Shown piece by piece: positions 35,962 through 46,089 of a stretch of 64,000 nucleotides of DNA. The DNA is taken from IMG/VR virus record IMGVR_UViG_3300024054_000008, positions 32,001 through 96,000 of that record. One strand, given 5' to 3'. Under the pieces are notes generated by a model, which was not told the origin of the DNA, ran no database searches, and saw only the letters and a list, made by a program, of their open reading frames with translations. Position 1 is the first letter of the stretch. Every line of letters starts with the position of its first letter. The position numbers and the translations under genes are program-made. Source of the DNA: a virus.

Positions 35962-36626
35962 AATGCGATACCGAGTTTTACATTATGAAGTAATATGGCA
36001 GACTTTCCGCCCAAAAATTGGGTGTACATACCAACAAAATCTGGTCTTGAAAGAAAAACCGGAGATTTCACATTACATTCAATAAGTCTGCAAGTTTTTC
36101 TGTAAAAAGTCCTGTAACTCACGTCATGTTTTGTATCACCTTCAAGTTCAATTGATATTGACTTTTGCGTTAAATTTTTCTTACCAAATTTATTAACATC
36201 AAAATCAAATGGTATCAAACAAACATGAGGTTGATTAATGAACCCGCTCGAATCTTTTATGTACGAAAATGCCAATTCTGGTTGGTTAAACACATTTCCA
36301 AAGTTTTCTTTAATTGACAAACAATAAGCTGCATCAAAAAGTTCATTTATAAGATCATCAATTCTATCCTGAGCATGATCAAACACACCAACCCGCACCA
36401 TTCCATTATCAAATATTGATGAGCTTACAATAAATTCACCTCTACTATTACTAATAATTGCTGGGAAAAACCACGGTTTTGCAGGATGTTCTAACATATA
36501 CGGAATTTTCGTATCACCCTTCGATCTATGAAGATCATGATCTAGAATTCTATTTAAGATTATCATCCCAAAGTCCATCAAGTCGAGGAACCGGCACAAC
36601 CACGTGTTTTTTATGTTTGGAACCAA
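35946..36626 (-). CDS. Hypothetical protein
   Basis: 226 aa ORF in the replication operon; start uncertain. Confidence 0.6.
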   Translation of the reverse strand: MVPNIKNTWLCRFLDLMDFGMIILNRILDHDLHRSKGDTKIPYMLEHPAKPWFFPAIISNSRGEFIVSSSIFDNGMVRVGVFDHAQDRIDDLINELFDAAYCLSIKENFGNVFNQPELAFSYIKDSSGFINQPHVCLIPFDFDVNKFGKKNLTQKSISIELEGDTKHDVSYRTFYRKTCRLIECNVKSPVFLSRPDFVGMYTQFLGGKSAILLHNVKLGIAFWDNA

Positions 36627-37131
36627 AAATTAAATATTTCAAACGAACAAAAAACAAAATCATTTTTTCAAAAAATGAAAATTTATATAATGCTATTCGT
36701 TCATCAAGAACCCACTGCAACACGGCTACATCTTTATAATGCTCAGATACGTACTTGTCATTCGACACCAGATTTTGAAAATTTTTTAATGAATCACTAA
36801 GGACAACCTTTGGAGTAAAATATTTACACGAATACGACACAGAATCGTTGTCACATACGACATCACCATTCCAATCATTTGGGAATTTTGATCCGTATGT
36901 GCATATCCTAATAGATGAAGAATTGTTTATAACAATTAAAGTTTTGCTTATGCGTGGGGCCCTTTCAAATTCTTTCTGAATTGAGTTGTCGTGAGTATCA
37001 TTCTGATATTCATAATTGTATACACAGTTACTTGGTTTTTTTGATTGAGATAATTCAACATATTGTTTTGCATACGCAATACGAAGTTTTTTTAGACGTC
37101 TTCTAATCGTGTCTTCCGATTTCACATTCAC
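36550..37131 (-). CDS. Hypothetical protein
   Basis: 193 aa, start overlaps the stop of the SbcC-like gene; Cys cluster and a hydrophobic C-terminal stretch. Confidence 0.6.
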   Translation of the reverse strand: MNVKSEDTIRRRLKKLRIAYAKQYVELSQSKKPSNCVYNYEYQNDTHDNSIQKEFERAPRISKTLIVINNSSSIRICTYGSKFPNDWNGDVVCDNDSVSYSCKYFTPKVVLSDSLKNFQNLVSNDKYVSEHYKDVAVLQWVLDERIALYKFSFFEKMILFFVRLKYLIFGSKHKKHVVVPVPRLDGLWDDNLK

Positions 37132-37766
37132 CCCAATTCAGATGTATGAACCTTACTAAGTTTTAGACAACCATCTTTAGAACCCTTATACGCTGTATGC
37201 GCACGCTGTAAAAATTCATTATTATGAGTTACCATAAGTATATTTATGCCAGTTTGCTCAGAAAGTTTTTTCATAAAAGATGCTGCATTCGGAATATAAT
37301 GATTCGCAAGAGAAGCCATTGACTCATCAAGTAGCAACAAATTCCCCATACCAAGTCTCGTCATCATGGCTAAACGGAGTATATACGATATTACTACCGC
37401 CGGTCCGCCACCAAAAGAATCCAACGGGTCTCCTTCAGTGCCGTCGTCATTTAATGTGAATTTCATAGAAATTCTGTTGTATTTTGGTTCTTGTTCTATC
37501 TTAAAAGATAACCTTTGATCATGAACAACATGATCCAAACCCTGTGTCACTAATTCAGAAATCGAATCTATGTTTTGCTTTATTGAATCTTCCAACAATT
37601 TCTTAAATATCTCTGAACATCTCTGATTCAGATTAGCATTATAGTTCGAATCATGTATTACTTGTTCAGCCTCTATAGCTTGACTCTCAAGAAAAGATCT
37701 GTAAGATTTTAATTTATTGATGTTGTTAGTCATATTTTGTAATCTCGTCTGAATTATTGACTCCAT
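37128..37766 (-). CDS. SbcC/Rad50-like ABC ATPase, C-terminal half only
   Basis: Coiled coil, signature-like SFGGG, Walker B LLLLDE, H-loop VTHN; no Walker A. Start 37766 has an AAGG SD right after the upstream stop. Confidence 0.8.
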   Translation of the reverse strand: MESIIQTRLQNMTNNINKLKSYRSFLESQAIEAEQVIHDSNYNANLNQRCSEIFKKLLEDSIKQNIDSISELVTQGLDHVVHDQRLSFKIEQEPKYNRISMKFTLNDDGTEGDPLDSFGGGPAVVISYILRLAMMTRLGMGNLLLLDESMASLANHYIPNAASFMKKLSEQTGINILMVTHNNEFLQRAHTAYKGSKDGCLKLSKVHTSELG

Positions 37767-37768
37767 TA

Positions 37769-38878
37769 TTACCTTTCTTTCATTTTTTGCATCATGTGTG
37801 TTATTTTCAGCGGACCACTTTCGTAATAGATCTGAAATAAATTGGCAGATTTCGGATGACAAGTTAATAAGTCGACATACTCAGACTCCAAATTTTCAAT
37901 TACAGTATTAAGCACCCTAGCTGGTAAATCTATCTTAAGACCATCACCAAGCAGAAAATTAACATCAATAGAAGCAAGATCATTCGTGCCTTGCATAAAT
38001 TTGCATGTGTTTGATTTACAATCTGCGAGAAGTGTTATTCTTTGTGTACCTTCTATTGCAGCATCAACCCAATTCAATGACTCAGACAATAATTTAGATT
38101 TTATACGTATTCTAATTTTAAATTCATCAACACCAAAAACTGACGGTGTTGGACGATTCAAACATTGGACTTTACTAAGTGTCAAAAATGAATTATTAGA
38201 TGAAAAATGTATGCGCGATCCATCGTCATGAATGAAAATGTTATTTTTTGTTCCAATTTTGGAACAAAAAGATTTAATGAGAGGGATATCGGAACTAACT
38301 ATTGATGTTTCGCTTGGAAAATTTTCTAATTCGACGACAGAAGCATAAAATCTAGCACTAGCAACCACATGGTTTTTAAAAAAATGGACTTGATTAAGTC
38401 TCATGTCTTCTTCTGACTTAGTCTCATCTATTTTAGCAGATGGAGACACGTGATTTATTATATCAATTAAAGCATTTGATTTTATTGGTTCAATGTTATC
38501 AGGAATATCAGGAATTTTAAACAAAGACAACTTATTGTTTACACGTTTTTTAATAGAAGCTCTCTTTTTATTAACATCGGATTTACCAGATATAGATATA
38601 GACTCATCATTAATTGATATAGACATCATATCAGATTCAGGTTCAAATAAAATTTTCTTCTCAAATGGTATGCTAAATTCATCAGACATATAACCGACTG
38701 ATGTACTTGAATCAACTGATGCAACTATGCTTGTTGACTTTCTTCTTTTATCAGCTGACGAAACTATCATAGAATTTTCACTAAATTTAATTCTAAAATC
38801 ATCATCTTCTGGTTTAACAGTTCTAATGATCGATAACGCTTTCTTAACATTTTGGACTTGAAAAATGTATGACGTCAT
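37769..38878 (-). CDS. DNA sliding clamp (beta-clamp)-like protein
   Basis: 369 aa (beta-clamp size), alternating helix/strand pattern, RLNQVHF...VVASARFYASV and IDLPARVLNTVIENLESEYV resemble DnaN segments; divergent. Confidence 0.55.
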   Translation of the reverse strand: MTSYIFQVQNVKKALSIIRTVKPEDDDFRIKFSENSMIVSSADKRRKSTSIVASVDSSTSVGYMSDEFSIPFEKKILFEPESDMMSISINDESISISGKSDVNKKRASIKKRVNNKLSLFKIPDIPDNIEPIKSNALIDIINHVSPSAKIDETKSEEDMRLNQVHFFKNHVVASARFYASVVELENFPSETSIVSSDIPLIKSFCSKIGTKNNIFIHDDGSRIHFSSNNSFLTLSKVQCLNRPTPSVFGVDEFKIRIRIKSKLLSESLNWVDAAIEGTQRITLLADCKSNTCKFMQGTNDLASIDVNFLLGDGLKIDLPARVLNTVIENLESEYVDLLTCHPKSANLFQIYYESGPLKITHMMQKMKER

Positions 38879-39177
38879 TTATTACGCTCTATCAATTCTA
38901 CAATTGGTTTTAATATACTCTCTGCATGATCTAAATCAGCTGATATTAGTTGCATTTTAGTTGTTAATATTTCTTTAGATTTTCTTATATCATCAGGTAG
39001 ATTATCAGGATCAAACCCAGCTTTTGTGGCTTCGTCTATCATCTCTTTAAGTTCTCTTCTTCTGCTTGCAAGTTCAGCTTCTATTTTCATTTTATGTTCT
39101 TTACACAAAGTTATTCTTGACACAATGCTGTTAAATTCTGTTTCAATTTCTTCAAACGTCATGTTTTTATCCATCAT
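38875..39177 (-). CDS. Coiled-coil hypothetical protein
   Basis: 100 aa heptad pattern, ATGA-coupled to both neighbours. Confidence 0.7.
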   Translation of the reverse strand: MMDKNMTFEEIETEFNSIVSRITLCKEHKMKIEAELASRRRELKEMIDEATKAGFDPDNLPDDIRKSKEILTTKMQLISADLDHAESILKPIVELIERNK

Positions 39178-39983
39178 ATCCTCTCCATGTCTAATGAGCT
39201 CTGCTTTGACTCAAACGACAAAAACTTTTTTCCATCATCACAAATTTTTTTATAATCGCACATTTCACAATTAAATGAAGTGGACGCTACAAACTTACCA
39301 GAGTTTATGTTTGAAATAGTGTTCATTGCTTTAGACAAAAGCGACCGCATCGAGTCAGCATCGTATTGAACCCATTGAATCGGATCATCATAGAATCTAT
39401 AGTACCAAAATCCAAGACGGGCGGGAGCTTTCTGATATTTTAGATAATGTTGGATAGCATACCAAACTAATTGATCAGTATCAGTATACTGTTCCCTATA
39501 CTTTGAACCTTTACCATCAATTATCCAAACTTGATCTTCAATATAATGAATAAAATCAGCTCTGCCACCAAGTTTAATTTTAGTATTATTATACGAATAA
39601 TCAACATTTAATTTGACTTCAGAATGGCTGTTCATCGATAATAATTTATGTTTTCTTATTACTGACATTGATTTTGGAACAAAACACAAAAGGTCAGATT
39701 TAATCTGATCTAGAAAAGACTGGTCAGACGAAACATCGAAACGTTTCTCAGAACATGCATAACCAATACATGTGTCGATCAAATTTAATACATAAACATC
39801 GCAATCTTCCCTTTTCCACAAATTTTCGTTATAAAATATTTCAAATATTCTGCCAATTGCTAAACCAAACAATGCGTTTCTTGGGTCTCTATCAATAATT
39901 GGTTTGCTAATATACGAAAACCAATATTTTTTTGGGCATGTATTATAACATTTAAAACTAGAATAACTAATGTAATTATTCAT
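39174..39983 (-). CDS. PD-(D/E)XK nuclease, RecB/AddB/Cas4-like
   Basis: SYSSFKCYNTCPKKY, GRADFI, IIDGK, C-terminal CxxCxxxxxC (Fe-S type); start MNNYIS overlaps the sbcD stop. Confidence 0.85.
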   Translation of the reverse strand: MNNYISYSSFKCYNTCPKKYWFSYISKPIIDRDPRNALFGLAIGRIFEIFYNENLWKREDCDVYVLNLIDTCIGYACSEKRFDVSSDQSFLDQIKSDLLCFVPKSMSVIRKHKLLSMNSHSEVKLNVDYSYNNTKIKLGGRADFIHYIEDQVWIIDGKGSKYREQYTDTDQLVWYAIQHYLKYQKAPARLGFWYYRFYDDPIQWVQYDADSMRSLLSKAMNTISNINSGKFVASTSFNCEMCDYKKICDDGKKFLSFESKQSSLDMERI

Positions 39984-40974
39984 CCAAAACCCCGGCTTCA
40001 GCAGCTTCCAATATCTCAATAGCAGTCTGTTTTAGACTGGAGTCAAATTGACTCCAATCGAATTTATCAAACCAAGTTCTAGCAGTGATTGATTTTGACA
40101 ATTCAGCATTTTTTCTAAGGTTTTTAATAAAATCATCTAAGCTTTTTCGTTCTTCCTCTAATTTAGTCTTTTTCTCTAAATCAAAAATAACAGAAGCGTC
40201 AGCATGTGGAACAATATGCTCTTCTACCGAGACACCGCGAGAGTTGAAAATTAAAGAACAAATTTTTGGCTTTCTTTCAAGATTATCAAATGTTAAAGCT
40301 CCTCTTGAAATAGCACCAAGATTTACAAATTTAACACCGTGCAAATCCTGTATGCCTTGATCTTTATGATAATGCCCAAAAACATACACATCTGGGCAAC
40401 CATCAAAAACTAAATCACGGTAGTCAAAAATTGTTTCATTGAAAAATCTCTGTATACGCTCTTCTGGACTAAATGCAGCAAGTGCATGTATGAATGCAAC
40501 TGTATAAACGTCATCTTTCTGTTTCTTACAAATACTATTAATCTTTTCTACCGTAAGATCAGACGAATAAGAAATTCCAATAACTCTAACCTTAAGAGTC
40601 TTTGATGTTATGATTTCAGTGTTAAGACATCTAAAAATGTTGGTTTCAAAAAGAACACCTAGTGGTTGACGTGATATAGTTTCACAATCATTATATGTTA
40701 TATCATGATTACCTATAATTGAGTATACCGGGCAAGAATAATTACGATGAATTTGAGCAGATAAAGCTACGGTGGCGTGTGATGTTTTATTAGCTGCTTT
40801 TGTATGAAAGAAGTCGCCACCCCTAAGAAAAACATTGGCATTAAATTTTTTAGCAAATTCACCTTGCCATTCTAATTTTTTAAGAATCGAATCTCTATAA
40901 TTATCTTTCCTGAACCCGGGATTTTGATCACATAGATGCTCATCCGATGATGTGATAATTCTAATTTCAGACAT
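39976..40974 (-). CDS. sbcD: Mre11/SbcD-like metallophosphoesterase nuclease
   Basis: DEH, GGDFFH, GNHD, FIH, GHYH motifs. Confidence 0.88.
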   Translation of the reverse strand: MSEIRIITSSDEHLCDQNPGFRKDNYRDSILKKLEWQGEFAKKFNANVFLRGGDFFHTKAANKTSHATVALSAQIHRNYSCPVYSIIGNHDITYNDCETISRQPLGVLFETNIFRCLNTEIITSKTLKVRVIGISYSSDLTVEKINSICKKQKDDVYTVAFIHALAAFSPEERIQRFFNETIFDYRDLVFDGCPDVYVFGHYHKDQGIQDLHGVKFVNLGAISRGALTFDNLERKPKICSLIFNSRGVSVEEHIVPHADASVIFDLEKKTKLEEERKSLDDFIKNLRKNAELSKSITARTWFDKFDWSQFDSSLKQTAIEILEAAEAGVLDE

Positions 40975-40984
40975 AAATCACCAA

Positions 40985-41010
40985 TCTTGTGTTGAAGATA
41001 CAACACAAGA
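40985..41010. promoter_or_regulatory. Perfect 10-bp hairpin just upstream of sbcD
   Basis: TCTTGTGTTG-AAGATA-CAACACAAGA, ending 10 nt before the sbcD ATG. Confidence 0.5.
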
Positions 41011-41082
41011 GCTTATTCAAAAAAGAATTTCCGCTATAGAATTTATGTTCAGAAAACAGAAATTAATACGATTTGCTTAGAC

Positions 41083-43335
41083 TCATCCATCGACCACATC
41101 TTCAGTTTTCAATTCTCTAAGTTTGTCACTAACAAACTGCGATAAATTTGTATTCCTAATTGTTTCTTTATTGTTTGATACAGAAACATCTAATGCTCTC
41201 GGGTCACCAAACAAAAACACTTTCTTTTTTGCTCTGGTTATGGCAGTGTATACAAGATTCCTGTAAAGCATCGGACCGTAAGACATTGTCATTGGCAACA
41301 AAATATAATCACCTTCTAAACCTTGATAACGATGAGCAGTGCAAGCATACGCAACACGTAATACTTGTCTGGCTTCATCAATCGAAAAATTGAATATTCT
41401 ATCAATATATTTTGGCGGATTCGATTCGGAATCAAACCAATTAAATATTTTAATTTCAATTATTCCTTTTTTAATTGATATCTTTTGAACTTTTCCAACA
41501 TCACCATTAAATACCATTCTGTCGTAATCATTTTTAATAATCATAACTCTGTCACCTTCATACAGATCTGACTCACCATGATTTAATTTGGCGGCCGTTC
41601 CATTTATAAAATTAGAATTTAATACTTTTCTAAGTTCTGTGTTTAAATTATTAACACCGAGATCGCCGTCATACATTGGTGCTATTACTTGAAAATTGGC
41701 GTCTTTTTCCTTTAATTCAGATGTTATTTTACGTAGTTCACAAACAACATCAGATGGATTAAATTTGAAGAATAAAAAATCATTTTTAGCGTGGAACGCT
41801 ATGTCAACTGGACCACCGTTCAAAATTTGGTGTGCAGCCCTTATAATACCTGATTCACCTTCTTGCCTATAAATACGAGTTAAGTTAATGTGCGGAACGT
41901 CAGAACAACTAAATAAGCTTTTAAGAACAGCTCCGGGGCCAACTGACGGAAGCTGCGCAGAATCACCAACCATAATTAATATAACATTATCAGGAAGTGC
42001 GCTAACTAAATGATAAAATGTTGATGAATCTAACATACTAACTTCGTCAACAATCACTGCATCAACACGATATTTATTATATTTATTAAATTCCCAAACC
42101 CCGTCTCTACCGCACCCAAGAGCCCTATGAACTGTGTACGCTGGTTCTTTGGTCAATTGTGAAAGACGTTTAGCTGCTATGCCAGTTGGTGACATGAGAG
42201 TAAAATCTAACTTATTCTTTTTAAATAAGTAAACAAATAAACTCATTAAAAGTGTTTTACCAGTTCCTGGGTAACCAGAAACGACACAAACTTTTGAATT
42301 TTTCAACAAGTAAAAGGCTTGCTTTTGTTCATCGGATAACTCAAGATCATTCAAAGACTCAAATTCTTTTAAACATACTTCAAGATCACCAAGATTTCTA
42401 GTTGGTTTAGATAATATTTTAGCCAATGAATAAGAGGATTGGTTTTCTTGTTCCCAAGAATGACTTTGGTAAATTGATGTATTGTGCAATACTATTCTAC
42501 CATCTTTTTCAAGATCAAGAAGATTTGGATAATAAACTGGGTCTGAAATTGTGTTACCATTTGAGAACAATTCAAGATTGTGTTTTTTAAACAATTTGCT
42601 AACAGAATTTTTTATTTGGTCAGATGTTGCAAACACATGTCCTTCACTTGTTGAAAGTTCATTCAAGGCAAACATTATTATTGCTTTGATCCTTCTAGGA
42701 TCATCAACTCCAATACCAAGTTTTCTGGCGGCTTGATCAGCCGTGTAAAACCCAATCCCAGAACAATCAGCAAGTAAATATGGGTTACTCCTAATAGCAA
42801 GATTTGTGTTAACGCCAAATTTGTTAAATACAGATCTAATTTGAGATGGACCTAACCCCAAATCTCCAAGAAATATTGCTGCAGTTCTTTTTTCAGAAGA
42901 TTCTGACCATTCTTTCAATATTGAATCAATTTGTGTTTTCTTTAAAAAATCAAGAGCTTTTATTTTTCCCGGGTCTGAATCAAGAACATTTGGAAGATCA
43001 TCACCAAATATATCATACAAACGATTCGCCGTTATTATGCCAATAGATGGAACACTAGAAATTAAATAAGACACTATTCCATTTTTACCCTTCTCTGGTA
43101 TAACTTCGCATGAAGTTGCATGAAGTTGTTTACCATAAGTTTGATGATCTACATATTTACCGTTAAATCTAACCTTAAGTCCCTTACTTAATAAAATTTC
43201 TGGGAACGATCCCTTTACATCTACTGTTTTTTTATTACCATCAAGTTCAACTTTAAGTATATGAAATCCAGTATCTTTCTTCTGAAAGATAATAGACGAA
43301 ATATTACCAACTATTGTCTCTGATTGATCAGACAT
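41083..43335 (-). CDS. recD2: RecD2-like SF1B helicase
   Basis: N-terminal OB and HhH region (NPYLL...GIGFYTADQAA), Walker A GYPGTGKT, APTG-like SPTGIAA, DEVSM, GDSAQLPSVGPG, LTRIYRQ, YTAITRAK. Confidence 0.92.
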   Translation of the reverse strand: MSDQSETIVGNISSIIFQKKDTGFHILKVELDGNKKTVDVKGSFPEILLSKGLKVRFNGKYVDHQTYGKQLHATSCEVIPEKGKNGIVSYLISSVPSIGIITANRLYDIFGDDLPNVLDSDPGKIKALDFLKKTQIDSILKEWSESSEKRTAAIFLGDLGLGPSQIRSVFNKFGVNTNLAIRSNPYLLADCSGIGFYTADQAARKLGIGVDDPRRIKAIIMFALNELSTSEGHVFATSDQIKNSVSKLFKKHNLELFSNGNTISDPVYYPNLLDLEKDGRIVLHNTSIYQSHSWEQENQSSYSLAKILSKPTRNLGDLEVCLKEFESLNDLELSDEQKQAFYLLKNSKVCVVSGYPGTGKTLLMSLFVYLFKKNKLDFTLMSPTGIAAKRLSQLTKEPAYTVHRALGCGRDGVWEFNKYNKYRVDAVIVDEVSMLDSSTFYHLVSALPDNVILIMVGDSAQLPSVGPGAVLKSLFSCSDVPHINLTRIYRQEGESGIIRAAHQILNGGPVDIAFHAKNDFLFFKFNPSDVVCELRKITSELKEKDANFQVIAPMYDGDLGVNNLNTELRKVLNSNFINGTAAKLNHGESDLYEGDRVMIIKNDYDRMVFNGDVGKVQKISIKKGIIEIKIFNWFDSESNPPKYIDRIFNFSIDEARQVLRVAYACTAHRYQGLEGDYILLPMTMSYGPMLYRNLVYTAITRAKKKVFLFGDPRALDVSVSNNKETIRNTNLSQFVSDKLRELKTEDVVDG

Positions 43336-43344
43336 AAATGTTAT

Positions 43345-44136
43345 TCAGCTCCTACCGCACATAGAATAAAGATCAGACTCGGATATGACTCTAACTCCAT
43401 GTTGTGTTGCTTTCTTCATTTTTGAAGAAGTCGTATTATTGTCATTAGTTACGAGATATGACAACCCTACACCAACAGTTCCCTTCACAATTCCACCAGC
43501 ATCCATTATTATCTTTTCGACAGTTTTTCTTGGTTTAGTTAAAGCACCAGTAATACAAAATGACAAATTAGAAAGTGGGCCAGGAACATCACTAATGATG
43601 TTCAATACAGTTGACAAATCAATAATAATATCTTTCTTATCTTGTATTCCATGGTATATTATGTCAGCTGTCTTATTTCCTATATTTTGAACTCTAGCAA
43701 AATCATCAATGCTGGCTGAAATAACTTTATCAACTGTGTTTAAACCGCAGCTAACTATGTCTGTTGCTGTTGCTATACCAAGTAATTGAATATTCAAAGC
43801 TGATAATAATAATTGTAATGGTACTGATTTTTGGTCATGTAATTGTTTATAACATTTTTCGGCAACTTTTTTACCAGAACAACACTTAGAAATATCATCA
43901 ATACTTAGTCTATATAAATCAGCAATAGACGACACATTTGGGTTATTCTGGTCTGTAAGTTTATTTATAAGGGAATCACCCCAAAACAAAAGTCCAAGCT
44001 TTTCAACCCAAACTGAAACAGCCCCGGATAATTTAGATGGGCATGCTTTTGATCTACAATATAAAAATTGTCCTTCTTGCGTTAAAGATGAATTGCATTC
44101 TGGGCAAAAATCAGGTATTTGAAAGTATTCATTCAC
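43345..44136 (-). CDS. ligA: NAD-dependent DNA ligase, C-terminal part (Zn finger, HhH, BRCT)
   Basis: PDFCPECNS...C....C, HhH IGNKTA, BRCT FCITGAL...GG.V.G.V...LSYLV...SSKMKKA..HGV.VI.E. Confidence 0.9.
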   Translation of the reverse strand: MNEYFQIPDFCPECNSSLTQEGQFLYCRSKACPSKLSGAVSVWVEKLGLLFWGDSLINKLTDQNNPNVSSIADLYRLSIDDISKCCSGKKVAEKCYKQLHDQKSVPLQLLLSALNIQLLGIATATDIVSCGLNTVDKVISASIDDFARVQNIGNKTADIIYHGIQDKKDIIIDLSTVLNIISDVPGPLSNLSFCITGALTKPRKTVEKIIMDAGGIVKGTVGVGLSYLVTNDNNTTSSKMKKATQHGVRVISESDLYSMCGRS

Positions 44137-44151
44137 TTAATAAATGTACAT

Positions 44152-44685
44152 TTATTCTTCAGGCTCTTTTTCTTCCTCTTTTGGCCCTTCTTCTGTTTCT
44201 TCTTCAGTACCAGCACCCTCAGCAGGTGCTTCAAACTCATCGTAAGAAGGTGGCGGAGAAGCGCCGGGGGGCGGCCCTGGTGGAGGTCCGGACGATTCAA
44301 GTTCGGAATGCTGAACTTCTGCACCACCACCAAAAACAGTTTCAGATGGTACTATGTCTAAATCACCTTTATAGAAAGCCCTAGAAAATTCAGAAACATC
44401 CCTACCAAGATCTAAAACTCTTTCAGAAATATTCTCTAATGTGGAGAGTTCATTGCCAGCAAAATCAGTTTGAAGTCTGGCCAATTTTGCAAACGTCATA
44501 TGTATATCCTTTAAGATATCTGCAATATAACTATTAACTCTGTGCCAATTTTCATCTCTTTCAACTAACAACTTTTCTTGAACAGCCTGAGCCACAATAT
44601 GAAATGGGCTAGAAATTTTCTTGTTCATATCAAGTTTTTCCAGATTATTTCTAACTTCCAAAGCTGATTTAGCAAATGAACTCAT
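44152..44685 (-). CDS. Hypothetical protein with Pro-rich and acidic tail, lying between the ligase halves
   Basis: 177 aa, GGAG SD, GPPPGPPPGASPPP and EEETEEGPKEEEKEPEE. Confidence 0.75.
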   Translation of the reverse strand: MSSFAKSALEVRNNLEKLDMNKKISSPFHIVAQAVQEKLLVERDENWHRVNSYIADILKDIHMTFAKLARLQTDFAGNELSTLENISERVLDLGRDVSEFSRAFYKGDLDIVPSETVFGGGAEVQHSELESSGPPPGPPPGASPPPSYDEFEAPAEGAGTEEETEEGPKEEEKEPEE

Positions 44686-44749
44686 GTTATACTCCGGTGT
44701 CTAAATCAAAAAATAACAAAGAGCCTATTATTTCAGCGTACTATTTTAC

Positions 44750-45826
44750 ATGAGTGAAATAACGGAACTGTCAGAAAAATTAAAGAATGCCAGAAATGCT
44801 TATTACAATTTAGATCCGATACTATCAGATTTAGAATATGACGCATTAAAGTCAAGATTACAAGAATTGGACCCGTTAAATGAAGAAATAATATCAATTG
44901 GTGCAGAAATACAATCTAATACGCCATGGGAGAAAATTGCTCATAATATACCAATGGGATCACTCGAAAAGGTAAATTCAAAAAATGAATTTTTTGAATG
45001 GTGCTCAAACACAAAGTCTAAAGAATTTCTTATTACACACAAAATCGATGGTTCAAGTTTAGAAGTGATATATGAACACGGAAAACTTACTAAATGTTTA
45101 TCAAGAGGTGATGGTTACGAAGGCGAAAATATAACAATAAATGCCATCAAGATACCAAATGTGCCAAGGATTATAAATGCACATGAAGACATAACAGTCC
45201 GTGGTGAAGTGGTTATGTTAAAATCAATTTTCAAAGAAAAATATTCAGATGAATATGCAAATCCAAGAAACACAGCGGCTGGAAAATTAAGAGATAAGAA
45301 AAACAAAGGTGAAGATTGTAAAAACCTTCATTTCTTTGCATATACGATGTTTGGGCCAAAATTAAATACAGAAGCAGAGCAATTCAAAACACTATCAAAT
45401 TTAGGATTTGATACACCAAATGTTAATGTTGGTGATATTGATATGATGATTCAAACATTTGAATCAATTAACAGAGAAAATATACCATATGAAATAGATG
45501 GAATGGTAATAAGAATAAATGATTTACAACATCAGGCATCAATGGGTGAAAAAAACATGAGACCGCTTGGCCAAATTGCTTGGAAATTTGATCCAGCAAC
45601 AAGCGTGTCAACAGTTGTTAACATTAAATGGCAAGTTGGACCGTCTGGCAGAGTTTCACCTGTGGCAGTTGTAAAACCAATAAATATAGGTGGAGTTGAG
45701 ATAACAAATATTTCTTTACACAATTTATCCATGTTTAAAGATTTGAGTCTTTACAAAAATTGCAAAGTTCTCATATCAAAAAGGAATGATTTAATACCAT
45801 TCATCGAAAAGCGCATTGATGATTAA
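44750..45826 (+). CDS. ligA: NAD-dependent DNA ligase, N-terminal part (domain Ia, adenylation and OB domains)
   Basis: YYNLDPILSDLEYD, KIDG, RGEV, NPRNTAAG, EIDGMV, IAWKF, WQVGPSGRVSPVA; stops after NDLIPFI. Confidence 0.92.
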   Translation: MSEITELSEKLKNARNAYYNLDPILSDLEYDALKSRLQELDPLNEEIISIGAEIQSNTPWEKIAHNIPMGSLEKVNSKNEFFEWCSNTKSKEFLITHKIDGSSLEVIYEHGKLTKCLSRGDGYEGENITINAIKIPNVPRIINAHEDITVRGEVVMLKSIFKEKYSDEYANPRNTAAGKLRDKKNKGEDCKNLHFFAYTMFGPKLNTEAEQFKTLSNLGFDTPNVNVGDIDMMIQTFESINRENIPYEIDGMVIRINDLQHQASMGEKNMRPLGQIAWKFDPATSVSTVVNIKWQVGPSGRVSPVAVVKPINIGGVEITNISLHNLSMFKDLSLYKNCKVLISKRNDLIPFIEKRIDD

Positions 45827-46089
45827 TCGTCTGATGGAACAATAACAGACGTTTTATTAGAATTTTTCACCATATCGGCCAATTTTTGCATTGATTCAAA
45901 TGGAATCAAGGTAACTCTTACAGTTTTACCGACCATAGACGACAACGAAGCCTGAACATCAAACATTACGCCTTCATCATCAACCAAAACATGTCTTTTT
46001 AGTTCGTCATTAAAAATAACAACACCATCCACAATTAGACCGGCGTCATACCCATACGCATACCTATCACGTTCATTATCAATTTCCAT
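45823..46089 (-). CDS. Small hypothetical protein
   Basis: The ATG at 46089 is preceded by TGG-TATTAT-N5; the ORF track starts at a TTG at 46104. Confidence 0.6.
   Translation of the reverse strand: MEIDNERDRYAYGYDAGLIVDGVVIFNDELKRHVLVDDEGVMFDVQASLSSMVGKTVRVTLIPFESMQKLADMVKNSNKTSVIVPSDD

Noticed and set aside
39174-39983. Cas4-like nuclease as evidence of a CRISPR-Cas system
   Set aside because: No array or other cas genes in the window; it sits in a recombination/repair operon, as stand-alone phage PD-(D/E)XK nucleases often do.
40952-41080. 42-codon plus-strand ORF between sbcD and recD2
   Set aside because: Short, overlaps the sbcD start, has no RBS, and opposes the operon direction.
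44136-45826. Split intein or trans-splicing intron rejoining the ligase halves
   Set aside because: No intein N- or C-terminal blocks and no intron-like sequence at either break point.
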